DNA of 40,285 nucleotides, taken from contig PSLI01000017.1 in NCBI GenBank assembly GCA_040289515.1, positions 1 through 40,285 on the forward strand. The letters are read 5' to 3'. Below the pieces are notes generated by a model. It worked only from the letters and a program-made list of their open reading frames with translations. It did not search any database and had not been told where the DNA came from. The stretch's first letter is position 1; each line of letters starts with the position of its first letter. The stretch is from Candidatus Sysuimicrobiota bacterium (GTDB taxonomy: Bacteria > Sysuimicrobiota > Sysuimicrobiia > Sysuimicrobiales > Sysuimicrobiaceae). Position numbers and translations under genes: made by a program. Of this stretch, positions 20,927 to 31,110 are shown in pieces.

Positions 20927-22618
20927 GTGGGCGACGAGCACGGTATCCGCATGGTGGGCGTATGTGGCGCGGGCACCATGGGAGCGGGCATCGCCCAGGT
21001 GTGCGCCACCTCGGGGTTCACGGTGCTGCTGTACGACGCCTTCCCCGAGGTCCTGCCCAGGGCCCTGAGCCGCATCCAGCAGGACACGGAGCGGCTGGTG
21101 CAGCGGGGCCGCCTGAAAGCCGAAGACCGCAAGCGGGCCTTGGAGTCCCTGCGCACCGCGCACCACCCGGAGGCCCTGGCGGACTGCCACCTCATCGTGG
21201 AAGCCGCTTTCGAGGACCTCGCCATCAAGAAGGAGCTGTTCGGCCGGCTGGGCGCGGTCGCACCACAGGCGGTGCTGGCCACCAACACCTCCTCCCTGTC
21301 GGTGGCGGAGCTGGCGGGGGCAGCATCGCAGCCGGAACGGGTGGCAGGGCTGCACTTCTTCAACCCCGCCCCCGTGATGGCCCTGGTGGAGGTGGTGCGG
21401 GCACCGCAGACGGACCCGCAGGTCGTGGACCGCCTTGTGGCCTTCGCCCGCGCCCTGGGCAAGACGCCCATCGTGGCGCGGGACAGCCCGGGCTTCGTGG
21501 TGAACCGTGTGAACCGGCCCTTCTACATGGAAGGGCTGCGCCTGGCAGCAGAAGGTCTCGCGGACTTTCAAACGGTGGATCGGGTCGCGCGGGAAGCAGG
21601 AGGGTTCCGCATGGGACCCTTCGAGCTCATGGACCTGGTGGGGATCGATGTGGGCTACGCGGTGTCCCAGTCCTTCCACCAGGCGTTCTTCGGGGAGCCG
21701 CGGTTCCGGCCCCATCCCCTCCAGCGGGAGATGGTGCTCTCCGGACGCCTGGGTCGCAAGACGGGCCGGGGCTTCTACCGGTACGACGAGCCCGTCTCAC
21801 AACCTCCACCCCTTCCCCTGCCGAGCGCGCAGCCGGGTCCCTACGCGGTAGCGGGGGACACCCGCCTGGCGCACGAACTGGCTGGACGTTTGCGGCAGCG
21901 TGGGTTCGAGGTGCTGCACCTTTCGCGGCCGCCGGACCGGCCCCTTGCGGTGGCTGCGGCCTTCGAGGCGGAGGTGGAGGACCGCCACCGGAAGCGCGAG
22001 TTTGTTGTGGGGCTGGACCAACACCTGCCGGAGGACGCGGTGCTGCTGGTTGCGTGCACGAACGCCAACTGTGCGGAGTGCGCCACGTGGGGGAGCCGCC
22101 CCGGGAGGGTGGCGGGGTACGCGACCCTACCGCCACTGGAGGACCGAGGCCTCCTGGAGTGGACGGCCCACGAGCTGACCACGGTGGACCCGCTCCCGTA
22201 TCTGGCAGCCCTGGGGCTGCCTCTGATGCGGGTGGGCGACGCCCCCGGCGGCGTGTTCCCCCGGCTGCTGGCCGTGCTGGTGAACGAGGCAGCGTTTGCG
22301 GTGGCCGAGGGGGTTGCAAGCCCCCAGCACGTGGACCTGGGCATGCGGCTTGGGCTGAACCACCCCCATGGGCCCTTCGCGTGGGCGGAGCGGGTGGGCG
22401 TTCAAGCGTTGGCAGGTGTGCTGGACGCGCTGCGGGACTACTATGGAGAGGAGCGGTATCGGTTGGCGCCGGTCCTGCGCCGGGCGCGGTGGCTGGGGCG
22501 CTGGCCGCACGGCGAACCAGGGAGGGATGCGGATGGCACAGCAGATCGCGTACCGGGCCCCGTCGGACTTCTACGCGGTGGAGGACCTGCTGACGGACGT
22601 CCAGCGCTCCGCCCGTGA
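20927..22618 (+). CDS. paaH: 3-hydroxyacyl-CoA dehydrogenase (PaaH-like)
   Basis: GVCGAGTMGAGIAQ, EAAFEDL, ATNTSSLS, GLHFFNPAP, GFRMGPFELMD, LGRKTGRGFY, and a second C-terminal domain (LGLNHPHGP). Confidence 0.88.
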   Translation: MGDEHGIRMVGVCGAGTMGAGIAQVCATSGFTVLLYDAFPEVLPRALSRIQQDTERLVQRGRLKAEDRKRALESLRTAHHPEALADCHLIVEAAFEDLAIKKELFGRLGAVAPQAVLATNTSSLSVAELAGAASQPERVAGLHFFNPAPVMALVEVVRAPQTDPQVVDRLVAFARALGKTPIVARDSPGFVVNRVNRPFYMEGLRLAAEGLADFQTVDRVAREAGGFRMGPFELMDLVGIDVGYAVSQSFHQAFFGEPRFRPHPLQREMVLSGRLGRKTGRGFYRYDEPVSQPPPLPLPSAQPGPYAVAGDTRLAHELAGRLRQRGFEVLHLSRPPDRPLAVAAAFEAEVEDRHRKREFVVGLDQHLPEDAVLLVACTNANCAECATWGSRPGRVAGYATLPPLEDRGLLEWTAHELTTVDPLPYLAALGLPLMRVGDAPGGVFPRLLAVLVNEAAFAVAEGVASPQHVDLGMRLGLNHPHGPFAWAERVGVQALAGVLDALRDYYGEERYRLAPVLRRARWLGRWPHGEPGRDADGTADRVPGPVGLLRGGGPADGRPALRP

Positions 22619-23723
22619 TACCGTGCGGCGGTTCGTGGACCGGGAGGTCCTTCCCCACATCGGACGGTGGTGGCTGGAGGGACGGTTCCCCGCAGAGCTG
22701 GTGCCCAAGCTGGGGGAGTTGGGGATTCTAGGCGCCAACCTCCCCGAGGAGTACGGCTGCGCGGGGCTGGACAACGTGGCCTACGGGCTCCTCATGCAGG
22801 AGCTGGAGCGCGGGGACTCCGGGATCCGATCCTTCGCCAGCGTGCAGGGTGCTTTGGTGATGTACCCCATCTACGCGTATGGGTCGGAGGAACAACGGCG
22901 CCAATACCTGCCGCGCCTGGCGCGCGGGGAGCTGGTGGGCTGCTTTGGCCTCACTGAGTCCACCGCGGGTAGCGACCCCGCTGCCATGAACACCCGAGCC
23001 CGCCGCACCGCCTACGGCTGGGTGCTGTCGGGGACCAAGATGTGGATCACCAACGGCTCCATCGCGCACGTGGCCATCGTGTGGGCCAAGGACGAGACGG
23101 ACACCGTGCGCGGGTTCCTCGTTCCCACGGACACCCCGGGGTTTTTCGCCCACGACATCCACACCAAGGCGTCCATGCGGGCATCCGTGACCAGCGAGCT
23201 GGTGCTGGAGGAGGTGGAGATCCCAGAAGAGCTGGCCCTGCCGGGGGCGGTGGGCCTGGGCAAGGCCCTGGGCTGTCTCACGCAGGCCCGGTACGGGATC
23301 GCGTGGGGCGCGGTGGGCGCCGCGGTGGCGTGTTTCGAGGAGGCCGTGAACTACGCGAAGGAGCGGCTGGCCTTCGGCCGGCCCATCGCCTCCACCCAAA
23401 TCATCCAGGAGCGGCTGGTGGACATGCTGACCAGGATCACCACCAGCCAGCTGCTGGCGTACCGGCTGGGGCAGCTCAAGGACGCGGGCCGCATGCATTA
23501 CGCCCAGGTGTCCCTGGCCAAGCGGCACAACGTGCGGGCGGCCCTGGAGGTGGCGCGGGACGCGCGTCAGATCCTGGGGGCTTACGGGATCACCACGGAG
23601 TACCACGCCATGCGGCACGCGGCCAACCTGGAGTCCGTGGACACCTACGAGGGCACCTACGACATCCACACCCTCATCGTGGGCCGCGAGATCACCGGGC
23701 ACGAGGCCTTCGGCCGGGCATGA
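22533..23723 (+). CDS. gcdH: Glutaryl-CoA dehydrogenase-like acyl-CoA dehydrogenase
   Basis: YGLLMQELERGDSGIRSFASVQGALVMYPI, CFGLTE..AGSDP, KMWITNG, NLESVDTYEGTYDIHTLIVGR. Confidence 0.85.
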   Translation: MAQQIAYRAPSDFYAVEDLLTDVQRSARDTVRRFVDREVLPHIGRWWLEGRFPAELVPKLGELGILGANLPEEYGCAGLDNVAYGLLMQELERGDSGIRSFASVQGALVMYPIYAYGSEEQRRQYLPRLARGELVGCFGLTESTAGSDPAAMNTRARRTAYGWVLSGTKMWITNGSIAHVAIVWAKDETDTVRGFLVPTDTPGFFAHDIHTKASMRASVTSELVLEEVEIPEELALPGAVGLGKALGCLTQARYGIAWGAVGAAVACFEEAVNYAKERLAFGRPIASTQIIQERLVDMLTRITTSQLLAYRLGQLKDAGRMHYAQVSLAKRHNVRAALEVARDARQILGAYGITTEYHAMRHAANLESVDTYEGTYDIHTLIVGREITGHEAFGRA

Positions 23724-24685
23724 CGGAGTTTCCGCCGGAGCTGGAGCCCGTCGCCCCCGCGGTTCGCCGGCTGCGCCTGCCCATCCCCTTCCCCATGCGG
23801 TGGGTAAACGTGTACGTGCTGGGGAACGGGGGTCCGTTGACCCTGGTGGACGCGGGATACCCAGGACCGGATGCCCGCCACCTGCTGCGGGAAGCTCTTC
23901 AGCGCGCCCGCGTGCGTCCCGAGGTCTTGATGGTCACCCACGCACACCCGGACCACTTCGGCATGGCGGCCGAGCTGGCCGCAGAGTTGGGCTGCGAGGT
24001 GTGGATGGAGCCCCGAGAGCTGGAGGTCGCCCGGCTGTACCAACCCGCGTCGCCCATCTGGCAGCAGCTCGCCGCGCAGTTCGCCCACGCGGGCATGCCC
24101 CCGGAGCAGGTAGAGGAGGTGGTGCGATCCGGCCAGCGCACGTGGGCTGTGACCCCCGCGCCGGAGGTGCGCCGCTTCCTGGGGGCGAACGAAGAACTCC
24201 CCCTCGGCGGGCGCCGGTGGCAGGTGGTGGTCACCCCCGGACACGCACCCGGACACGCGTGCCTTTTGGACCCTGAAGATGGCACCCTGGTAGCGGGCGA
24301 CCACCTGCTGCCCAAGATCACGCCCAACATCGGGCTGTGGCCCGGGGGGAGCGAGGACCCCTTAGACGACTTCCTTCGCAGCCTGGCGGGTCTGCGGTCC
24401 TTGCGGGTGCGCCGGGTTCTGCCTGGCCACGGCCATCCCTACGAGGCCTTCACGGAACGGATCCAGGAGCTCGCCTCCCACCACCGGGAGCGCCTGCAGG
24501 CGGTTCTGAACGCCCTGCAGGACGGCCCACGCACCCCCTACGAGGTGTGCATGTTCCTGTTCGGGGAGGAACTGGACAGCCACAACCTGCGGTTCGCCAT
24601 GGTGGAGACGTTAAGCCACCTCACCTACCTGGAGCGCCGGGGCCGCGTGCGCCGCACCCCGGAGGGGCTCTACCGCGCCAGCTGA
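23720..24685 (+). CDS. Metallo-beta-lactamase fold hydrolase
   Basis: THAHPDHFG, TPGHAPGH, GDHLLPKITPN, LPGHG, C-terminal winged helix. ATGA overlap. Confidence 0.9.
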   Translation: MTEFPPELEPVAPAVRRLRLPIPFPMRWVNVYVLGNGGPLTLVDAGYPGPDARHLLREALQRARVRPEVLMVTHAHPDHFGMAAELAAELGCEVWMEPRELEVARLYQPASPIWQQLAAQFAHAGMPPEQVEEVVRSGQRTWAVTPAPEVRRFLGANEELPLGGRRWQVVVTPGHAPGHACLLDPEDGTLVAGDHLLPKITPNIGLWPGGSEDPLDDFLRSLAGLRSLRVRRVLPGHGHPYEAFTERIQELASHHRERLQAVLNALQDGPRTPYEVCMFLFGEELDSHNLRFAMVETLSHLTYLERRGRVRRTPEGLYRAS

Positions 24686-25172
24686 CCCGCCCGCAGCGCC
24701 CGGAGAGGGAGGGCGGGCGAAGGGCTGCCGTTGCGGTGTCCGCACGCAGAGAGCAGGCTGGCCCGTATGCGCGAGGCGTGCCCGTAGAACACCACCAAGG
24801 GGAGACAGAGGTCCACCGCCAAAGCTTCTGCGGCGCGGAACACCTCCGCGGTCTGCCGGTACGGGTCTTTCACCACCACGCGGGCGGCCCCTCCCCACCG
24901 GCTGACCAGCTCCTCTGCGGCCTGCTGAGCGCGCACCACAGCGAGTTCCGGAGCGGCCAGGCGGCTTGCGAGGGCGTGCAACCGAGGGCCAAGGGCGTAG
25001 CGACAGGCGGAAGTGTTGCGCAGCAACCCCGCACCGCACAGGGTCTTGAGCAGGGCGTGCACCGTGGACCGGGGAACGTGCAGGACCTCCGCCACGTCAC
25101 TTCAGCTCCGTTCGGGGTGTGGGGCGTCAAACAGCGCCCGCACGCGACGCGCGCATAGCGGTGCGGGCGCAC
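24670..25172 (-). pseudogene. IclR-family regulator remnant
   Basis: RALFDAPHPERS*SDVAEVLHVPRSTVHALLKTLCGAGLL...RYALGPRL. In-frame TGA at 25102-25104; effector domain truncated. Confidence 0.7.
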
Positions 25173-25179
25173 CAGGTCG

Positions 25180-25782
25180 CTAGCAGCCCCGCAGGTAGGT
25201 GAACAGGGCGTGCTTGCAACGCTCCCGGGTCTGCGCGTGGGTGGCCGCCGGGTCGGGTTCCTGCAACCACTGCAGGAACAGCCCGTCCACCAGGGCCCGC
25301 ATCACCGCCGCGGCCTCCTGCACGTCCCGGACCCGGAAGGCGCCCTCCTGGACGCCCTCCTGGATGATCTGCCCGTACACCGCGTCCACGATGCCCCGGA
25401 AGGTGGCGCTGAGCTCCTGGAACCGGTGCTGGCGGGCTGCGCTGCTCAGCAGGTCGGTGTACACGAGGTAGAAGTCGCGGTTGGCCTGCGGGTCCACGAA
25501 GATGGCGTCGATGGTGGCCTGGATCTTCTCCTGCGCGGTACGGGCCCGGCGGATGGCGGAGAAGATGCGGCGCGCCACCCGGGCCAGCACCCACCGCAGG
25601 GTGGCCAGCACCAGGTTCTCCTTGCTCCCGAAGTAGTACAGAAGGATCCCCTTGCTGACCCCCGCCCGGCTGGCCACCCGCTGCAGCGACAGGTGCCGCA
25701 GCCCGCTCTCCGCCAGCACCTGGTAGGTGCACCGCAACAGGTGCTCCTGCTTGGGCGGGAACTCCGCCTCCAGGGCCGCCAC
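25180..25782 (-). CDS. TetR/AcrR family transcriptional regulator
   Basis: LSLQRVASRAGVSKGILLYYFGSKENL helix-turn-helix; BetI-like C-terminus (ALVDGLFLQ). Confidence 0.92.
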   Translation of the reverse strand: MAALEAEFPPKQEHLLRCTYQVLAESGLRHLSLQRVASRAGVSKGILLYYFGSKENLVLATLRWVLARVARRIFSAIRRARTAQEKIQATIDAIFVDPQANRDFYLVYTDLLSSAARQHRFQELSATFRGIVDAVYGQIIQEGVQEGAFRVRDVQEAAAVMRALVDGLFLQWLQEPDPAATHAQTRERCKHALFTYLRGC

Positions 25783-25811
25783 CTGAGGCTGGAGGCTGAA
25801 AACCCCTGGGC

Positions 25812-26347
25812 CTACGGCGGCCTGCGGAGGCGTACGGCCAGGTGCGTCAGACGTTGGTGATCCCCTCTTCCTTGTGCGTGTTCCACCCCATCGTAGCAGC
25901 GGCCCACGTCCGCGTCATCGGACGGATCCAGCACCCCCTCGCCCAGGGGGAACAGGACCCCGTTCTCCTTGGCGATGTGGGCCCGCAGCAGCTCCACGTA
26001 CTCCCGGGCCATGTCCACCACCTCCGCCGCTCCTGCCCCGCCGGTCTCGTACCGGGCCACCGCATCCCCGATGCGCCGCACAGCTGGCGACCCATGTCGT
26101 GCTCGGCCAGCATGAAGCCGATGGGCGCCCTGCAGGGGGATTCCCCGCTGCTCAGGCAGGGAACAGGCAGTGCTCCTCTTGCCGTGGTGGCAGCGGCCCA
26201 CGAAGCCCTGGCTGAACGCCACTAGGTCCCGCACGTATCCACCATCCAGGGGCCCGCCTGCCCGCACGTCCTCCAGGTGCCGCTCCAGCCCGGCTAAGGC
26301 CCGAGGATGACCTTGTGCTCGCGTACCTGCGCCTCCGTGGAACGCAC
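25812..26347 (-). pseudogene. Hemerythrin/HHE-domain protein, frameshifted
   Basis: REHKVIL, CHHGK, MLAEHDMGRQ and HIAKENGVLFP are spread over different frames. Confidence 0.78.
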
Positions 26348-26349
26348 GC

Positions 26350-27105
26350 CTACACCATGGTCAGGCCGCCCGAGACGCTCAGGGTCTGGCCCGTGATGAA
26401 GGATGCCCGGTCCGATGCCAGGAACACCACCGCCTCCGCCACCTCCTCCGGCTTGGCCATGCGGCGCAGGGGGGTGGAGCGGACGATGGCGTCGATGAGC
26501 TTCTCGTTGCCCGCCTGGATGATCTGCTGCAGGAGGGGGGTGTCCGTGATGCCGGGTGCTACCACGTTTACCCGGATCTTGTGCCGGGCCACCTCCCGGG
26601 CCAGGGCCTTGCTGAAGGCGATCACCGCGCCCTTGGCGCCCGAGTACACCGTCTCCCCGGACGACCCGACCCGGCCCGCGTCGGAGCTGATGTTCACCAC
26701 CGCCCCCCCGCCCTGCTGGACCATGTGGGGCAGGACCACGTGGCAGGTGTTCAGCACCCCGCGGAAGTTGATGGCGATGATGCGATCCCACAGGTCCTCC
26801 GTGCTCTCCAGGAAGGGGACGATGCGGTCCCAGCCCGCGGCGTTGATCAGCACGTCCACCCGGCCCCAGGCATCCAGCACCTCCTGCACCCCGCGCGCCA
26901 CGGAGGCGCGGTTTGTGACGTCCATGGCCACCGCCAGGGCCTCCCGATCCTGCCGGCGGATCTCCTTTGCCACCTGCTGGGCCCCTTCGGCGTTGACGTC
27001 CGCCACCGCCACCTGGGCGCCCCGGGCCGCCAGGGCCAGGCACGTGGCCCGGCCGATCCCGCTGGCCCCTCCCGCCACCAGCGCCACGCGGTTCTGGAAC
27101 TCCAT
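26350..27105 (-). CDS. SDR oxidoreductase, BadH-like (2-hydroxycyclohexanecarboxyl-CoA dehydrogenase family)
   Basis: AGGASGIG, NAAGWD, SSDAGRVGSSGETVYSGAKG, TLSVSGGLTM. These motifs are characteristic of the BadH subfamily. Confidence 0.85.
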   Translation of the reverse strand: MEFQNRVALVAGGASGIGRATCLALAARGAQVAVADVNAEGAQQVAKEIRRQDREALAVAMDVTNRASVARGVQEVLDAWGRVDVLINAAGWDRIVPFLESTEDLWDRIIAINFRGVLNTCHVVLPHMVQQGGGAVVNISSDAGRVGSSGETVYSGAKGAVIAFSKALAREVARHKIRVNVVAPGITDTPLLQQIIQAGNEKLIDAIVRSTPLRRMAKPEEVAEAVVFLASDRASFITGQTLSVSGGLTMV

Positions 27106-27124
27106 GGGTGCCTCCCCTGGTGTG

Positions 27125-27490
27125 CTACCCGACCCGCGCCGGGGTGTGCAACGAGAACAGTTCGACGGCGTTGTGCCGCACCACCTTCCAGTACATCTCC
27201 GGCTTGAGGCCCAGGGCCCGGAGCTGCTCCCGGCTCTGCTTCCACGGCAGTCCGTTGCACCGCGGGAAAATTGGGGTCCTCCACCAGGACCCGCAGGTTG
27301 TCGAAGATACGTTCGCCCTGCAGCTACCCACGTCTATCCGACGGGTCAGTCGAACCGTACCGCCGGGCCATGCGGGGATCGCGGTGTAGACGCTTCAGGG
27401 CCTCCTCGAACAGGCTGCCGAAGGAGTCCACCGCGCACACCAAGGAGGGGTTGTGGGTAGCCCGGCTCACGGCCGCGTGGAAGCTTAAGC
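27125..27490 (-). pseudogene. Possible amidohydrolase-2 family remnant
   Basis: C-terminal NGLPWKQSREQLRALGLKPEMYWKVVRHNAVELFSL; upstream frames are broken. Confidence 0.45.
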
Positions 27491-27798
27491 TCAGGGGGTC
27501 GTACGGCCGCCACCTCCCGCTCCGGGCCTAGCCGTGCCTCCCCCAGAGCCTGGAAGGAGGCTTGCCGCAGCTGCAAGAGGTTGCGCAGGCTCTCCGTGGC
27601 GTGCTCCAGCCCCGGCGTGCACACAAACACCCCGCTTCGGGCGCCCGGGTGCACTGCCACGAGCCCCTGCGACTCCAGAGCACCGCCCGCACGGTATAAG
27701 ATCGTTCAGACGTTTCGGGCAGTCCATCGGGTGTGCACCCGAAGAAGATCGGGCGGAGACCGGATGCGGCGTTGACAAGCCTGCTGCGGCGCCGCACC

Positions 27799-28410
27799 AT
27801 GGGCACGCTGGAGGGTGACGGTGGAGCACCGGGAAGGATCGCGCCGGCTGGGGGGGCCATCGCGGGGGCCAGCGGGGCGCCGGGCGTGCGGCTGCTCCAG
27901 GCTGTCCGGGAGCTGGAGCTGGAGACGCACCGGGTGGTGAGCGAGTGGGCCCGCCGCACCATCCAGCACGAGATGGAATACTCCCTCGAGCAGGTGTTGT
28001 AGCTGGCGACCGTGGTGCGCCCTGTGGATGACCAGGTGGCGGTCATCTCCAGTGGGTCGTTCCCCACCCGGGGGATGGCGGTGGTGCCGTGCAGCATGAA
28101 GACCCTGGCGGCCATCCCGTGCGGGTTCGCGGACAACCTCATCCACCGGGCTGCGGACGTCACCCTCAAGGAGCGGCGACGCTTGGTTCTGGTGCCACGG
28201 GAGGCGACCCTCAGCAGCATCCACCTGGAGAACATGCTCGAGCTGTCCAACCTGGGCGCGGCGATCCTGCCGCCCGTACCCGCCTTCGACACCCAGCCCC
28301 GCACGGTGGAAAACATGGTGGACCATGGGGTGGCCCAGATGCTGGACCCGTTCGAGTTCTCTTGGAGCCGCGCCCGGGGATGGGAAGGCCGGCTGGAACG
28401 CAAGCCCTGA
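27799..28410 (+). pseudogene. ubiX: Flavin prenyltransferase UbiX/Pad1, interrupted
   Basis: AGASGA, ISSGSF, PCSMKTLA, DNLIHRAADVTLKERRRLVLVPRE. In-frame TAG at 28000-28002; ETP and AFY motifs changed to EAT and AFD. Confidence 0.88.
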
Positions 28411-28418
28411 GCCGGATC

Positions 28419-29177
28419 GTGTGGCCACACTGGGTATCCGCCCTGAGCTTAAGCGCGCTTGCCTCCGCCTTTGGCCGGCTCGCTGGGGCGCTGTCGGACA
28501 GCGGGGCGCTGGCGGCGGCGGTGGTGGGTACGGTGGTAGCCGGCGCTGGGGGATGGGACTGGGCCGTGGTGCTGGTGGTGTTCGTGGCCACCGCCTCCGC
28601 CGCCAGCGCCCTTCCACCCCACGCACAGCGGCCCCGCAGGACCGCGCGCCAGGTGTTCGCCAACGGTGCCGTGGCGTGCGCCGCGGCACTGCTGCACCAG
28701 GCAGGGGTTGCAAACTCCGGGGCGGCGTTCGCTGGGGCGGTGAGTTCCGCCTGGGCGGATACCTGGGCCGCGGAGCTCGGCGTGCGCTACGGGGGTTCGC
28801 CGTGGAGCCTGCGGGATGGCCGAAGGCTGGAGCCGGGCACGTCGGGCGGGATCACCGTGGTAGGCACGGCGGCGGGGATCCTGGCCGCGGTGGCCTGTGG
28901 GCTGCTGGCGGCAGTGGTGGGCGTGGCCCCACTCGGGGCCACCGCGGTGGCGGGCTGCGCCGGGATGGCGGCGGACTCCCTGCTGGGTGCCGGCTGGCAA
29001 GCGCGGTTTTCCTGCAGCTGCTGCGGCCGCACGGGGGAGGAGCCGCGCTGCCCGTGTGGGGCTGTGGGGCGGTGCAGCACGGGAATTCGATGGCTAGATA
29101 ACGACGTCACCAACCTCCTGGCTACCTGCGTGGGTGCCGGGGTGTCGGTGCTGTGGGCGCAGGTGGCCATACCATGA
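28419..29177 (+). CDS. DUF92/TMEM19 family membrane protein
   Basis: [39 protein letters not shown]. Confidence 0.85.
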   Translation: MWPHWVSALSLSALASAFGRLAGALSDSGALAAAVVGTVVAGAGGWDWAVVLVVFVATASAASALPPHAQRPRRTARQVFANGAVACAAALLHQAGVANSGAAFAGAVSSAWADTWAAELGVRYGGSPWSLRDGRRLEPGTSGGITVVGTAAGILAAVACGLLAAVVGVAPLGATAVAGCAGMAADSLLGAGWQARFSCSCCGRTGEEPRCPCGAVGRCSTGIRWLDNDVTNLLATCVGAGVSVLWAQVAIP

Positions 29178-29205
29178 TGCGGGGAGCTCATTCGAGGAGG
29201 TGGCC

Positions 29206-30645
29206 ATGCAGCCGGAGCCGGTTCCCCTGGGGTTGACCTTCGACGACGTGCTGCTGGTTCCGCGGCGCTCGCCCGTGGAGCGCCGCGCGGAGGTGGACCC
29301 GCGCACCCTGCTGGCCCGCGGGGTGGAGCTGTCCATCCCCATCGTGAGCGCCAACATGGACGCGGTCACCGAGAGCGAGATGGCCATCGCCATGGCCCGC
29401 GAGGGCGGGATCGGGATCGTGCACCGCTTCCTGCCCATCGAGCAGCAGGTGGCGGAGGTCCGCCGGGTCAAGCGGGCGGAAAGCATCGTCATCGAGCAGC
29501 CCTACACCATCCGGCCCCACCAGACCCTTCGGGACGCGGTGGCGTTCTTGGAGGAGCACGGATCCGCGGGGTTGTTGGTGGTGGAGGACGGGCGCCTGGT
29601 GGGCATCGTCACCGCCCGTGACCTGCTGTTCGAGGACGACCTGGACCGCCCGGTGCGGGAGGTTATGACGCCTCGGGAGCGGCTCGTTACCGCACCGCCC
29701 GGGATCAGCATGGAGGAGGCCAAGCGCATCCTCCACGCCCACCGCATTGAGAAGCTGCCCCTGGTGGACGGGCAGGGTCGCCTGGTGGGGCTGGTAACCA
29801 GCCGGGACATCCGCAGCCGCATGCAGCACCCCCACGCCACGAAGGACGAACGGGGCCGGCTGCGGGTGGGCGCGGCGGTGGGCGTGCGGGGCGACTACCT
29901 GGAGCGGGCGGAGGCCCTGGTGGAGGAGGGGGTGGACGTGCTGGTGGTGGACGTGGCCCATGGCCACTCGGAGGCTGTGCTGCGCGCGCTGCGCTCCCTG
30001 CGCGCCCGCTTTCCGGACCTGCCCCTTGTGGCGGGGAACGTAGCCACCGCGGAGGGCACTCAGGACCTCATCGAGGCGGGGGCGGATGCGGTAAAGGTGG
30101 GCGTGGGCCCCGGGTCCACCTGCACCACGCGCGTGGTCACGGGGGCCGGGGTGCCGCAGCTGTCGGCCATCCTGGAGTGCGCCCGGGTGGCGCGGCCGCG
30201 TGGGATTCCCATCATCGCGGACGGGGGGGTCCGCAACTCCGGCGACATCACCAAGGCCCTGGCCGCGGGCGCCAGCACGGTGATGCTGGGCAACCTCCTG
30301 GCGGGCACGGAGGAAAGCCCGGGCGCCACGGTGATCCGCAACGGTCGCCAGTACAAGACCTACCGGGGCATGGCCAGCCTGTGGGCCACCGCTAGGCGGC
30401 GGTCCCTTGACCACCCCGTGGAGGAGGAAGAGGTCAGCCAGATCGTGGCGGAGGGGATCGAGGCCCTGGTGCCCTACCGGGGGAAGGTGGCGGACGTGCT
30501 GCGCCAGCTGGTGGGCGGGCTGCGCTCGGGCATGAGCTACTGCGGCGCCCGCACCATCCCGGAGCTGCAGGAGAAGGCGCGCTTCGTGCGCATCACCCCC
30601 GCGGGCCTGCGGGAGAGCCTGCCCCACGACGTGGAACCTCTGTAG
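29206..30645 (+). CDS. guaB: IMP dehydrogenase/GMP reductase family protein with CBS pair
   Basis: [22 protein letters not shown] domains, [33 protein letters not shown]. The flap lacks Arg-Tyr (see findings). Confidence 0.9.
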   Translation: MQPEPVPLGLTFDDVLLVPRRSPVERRAEVDPRTLLARGVELSIPIVSANMDAVTESEMAIAMAREGGIGIVHRFLPIEQQVAEVRRVKRAESIVIEQPYTIRPHQTLRDAVAFLEEHGSAGLLVVEDGRLVGIVTARDLLFEDDLDRPVREVMTPRERLVTAPPGISMEEAKRILHAHRIEKLPLVDGQGRLVGLVTSRDIRSRMQHPHATKDERGRLRVGAAVGVRGDYLERAEALVEEGVDVLVVDVAHGHSEAVLRALRSLRARFPDLPLVAGNVATAEGTQDLIEAGADAVKVGVGPGSTCTTRVVTGAGVPQLSAILECARVARPRGIPIIADGGVRNSGDITKALAAGASTVMLGNLLAGTEESPGATVIRNGRQYKTYRGMASLWATARRRSLDHPVEEEEVSQIVAEGIEALVPYRGKVADVLRQLVGGLRSGMSYCGARTIPELQEKARFVRITPAGLRESLPHDVEPL

Positions 30646-30689
30646 AGCTCGGGGTCCTCGCGCTGGCGGCCCGCCTCTGGGGTTCTCCC

Positions 30690-31075
30690 ATCACGCAATG
30701 GGCGCTGGCGCAGCTTGCGGCGGTGACCACCGCCGCGGTGGAAACCCTGTACCTGGGCGCGGCGACCGGAGCTACCCGGTGGGTCCGCAGGTTTCGTGGC
30801 CGGTTTTGGTGCCTTCTGGCCGCTTGTGGGCCTCACGTTCCCGTGGCTGGGCACGTACCTGTGGGGGGCCCGCGCAAGCCCCGGGTTCTACCTGAGGCAG
30901 GAGCTGGTGGTGGTGTTCGCGGTGGTGTTCACCTCCGTGATGTGCAGCCTGGCCTCCGGGCGGTTCCGCCGGCAGCGGCTGCAGGCCAAGCAGCTGGAGG
31001 AGGCGAACCGGCCGGTACGTGGAGGAGTTCCTGGGCCAGGCCCTGACCCGGGCCCGGCGGTGTGGAGTTCGCGCA
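30690..31075 (+). pseudogene. Possible remnant of a membrane-anchored GGDEF protein
   Basis: Hydrophobic segments, a coiled stretch (LQAKQLEEANR), then in another frame YVEEFLGQALTRARR, which resembles a GGDEF N-terminal helix. Confidence 0.35.
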
Positions 31076-31110
31076 CCTGCCCGGGCCGCAGGCACCGTGG
31101 GAGCCGCCGG

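Noticed and set aside
28000..28002. In-frame TAG in ubiX as pyrrolysine or readthrough
   Set aside because: Other conserved motifs are also degraded and TAG ends many intact genes here, so it is a pseudogene.
19341..28410. Frameshifts as sequencing errors
   Set aside because: Lesions cluster in particular genes together with large deletions and substitutions, while adjacent genes are intact.
27483..28454. 14-bp inverted repeat GCTTAAGCTCAGGG (27483-27496) / CCCTGAGCTTAAGC (28441-28454) bracketing ubiX
   Set aside because: One arm lies inside the intact DUF92 ORF, and there is no transposase or target duplication. Probably chance.
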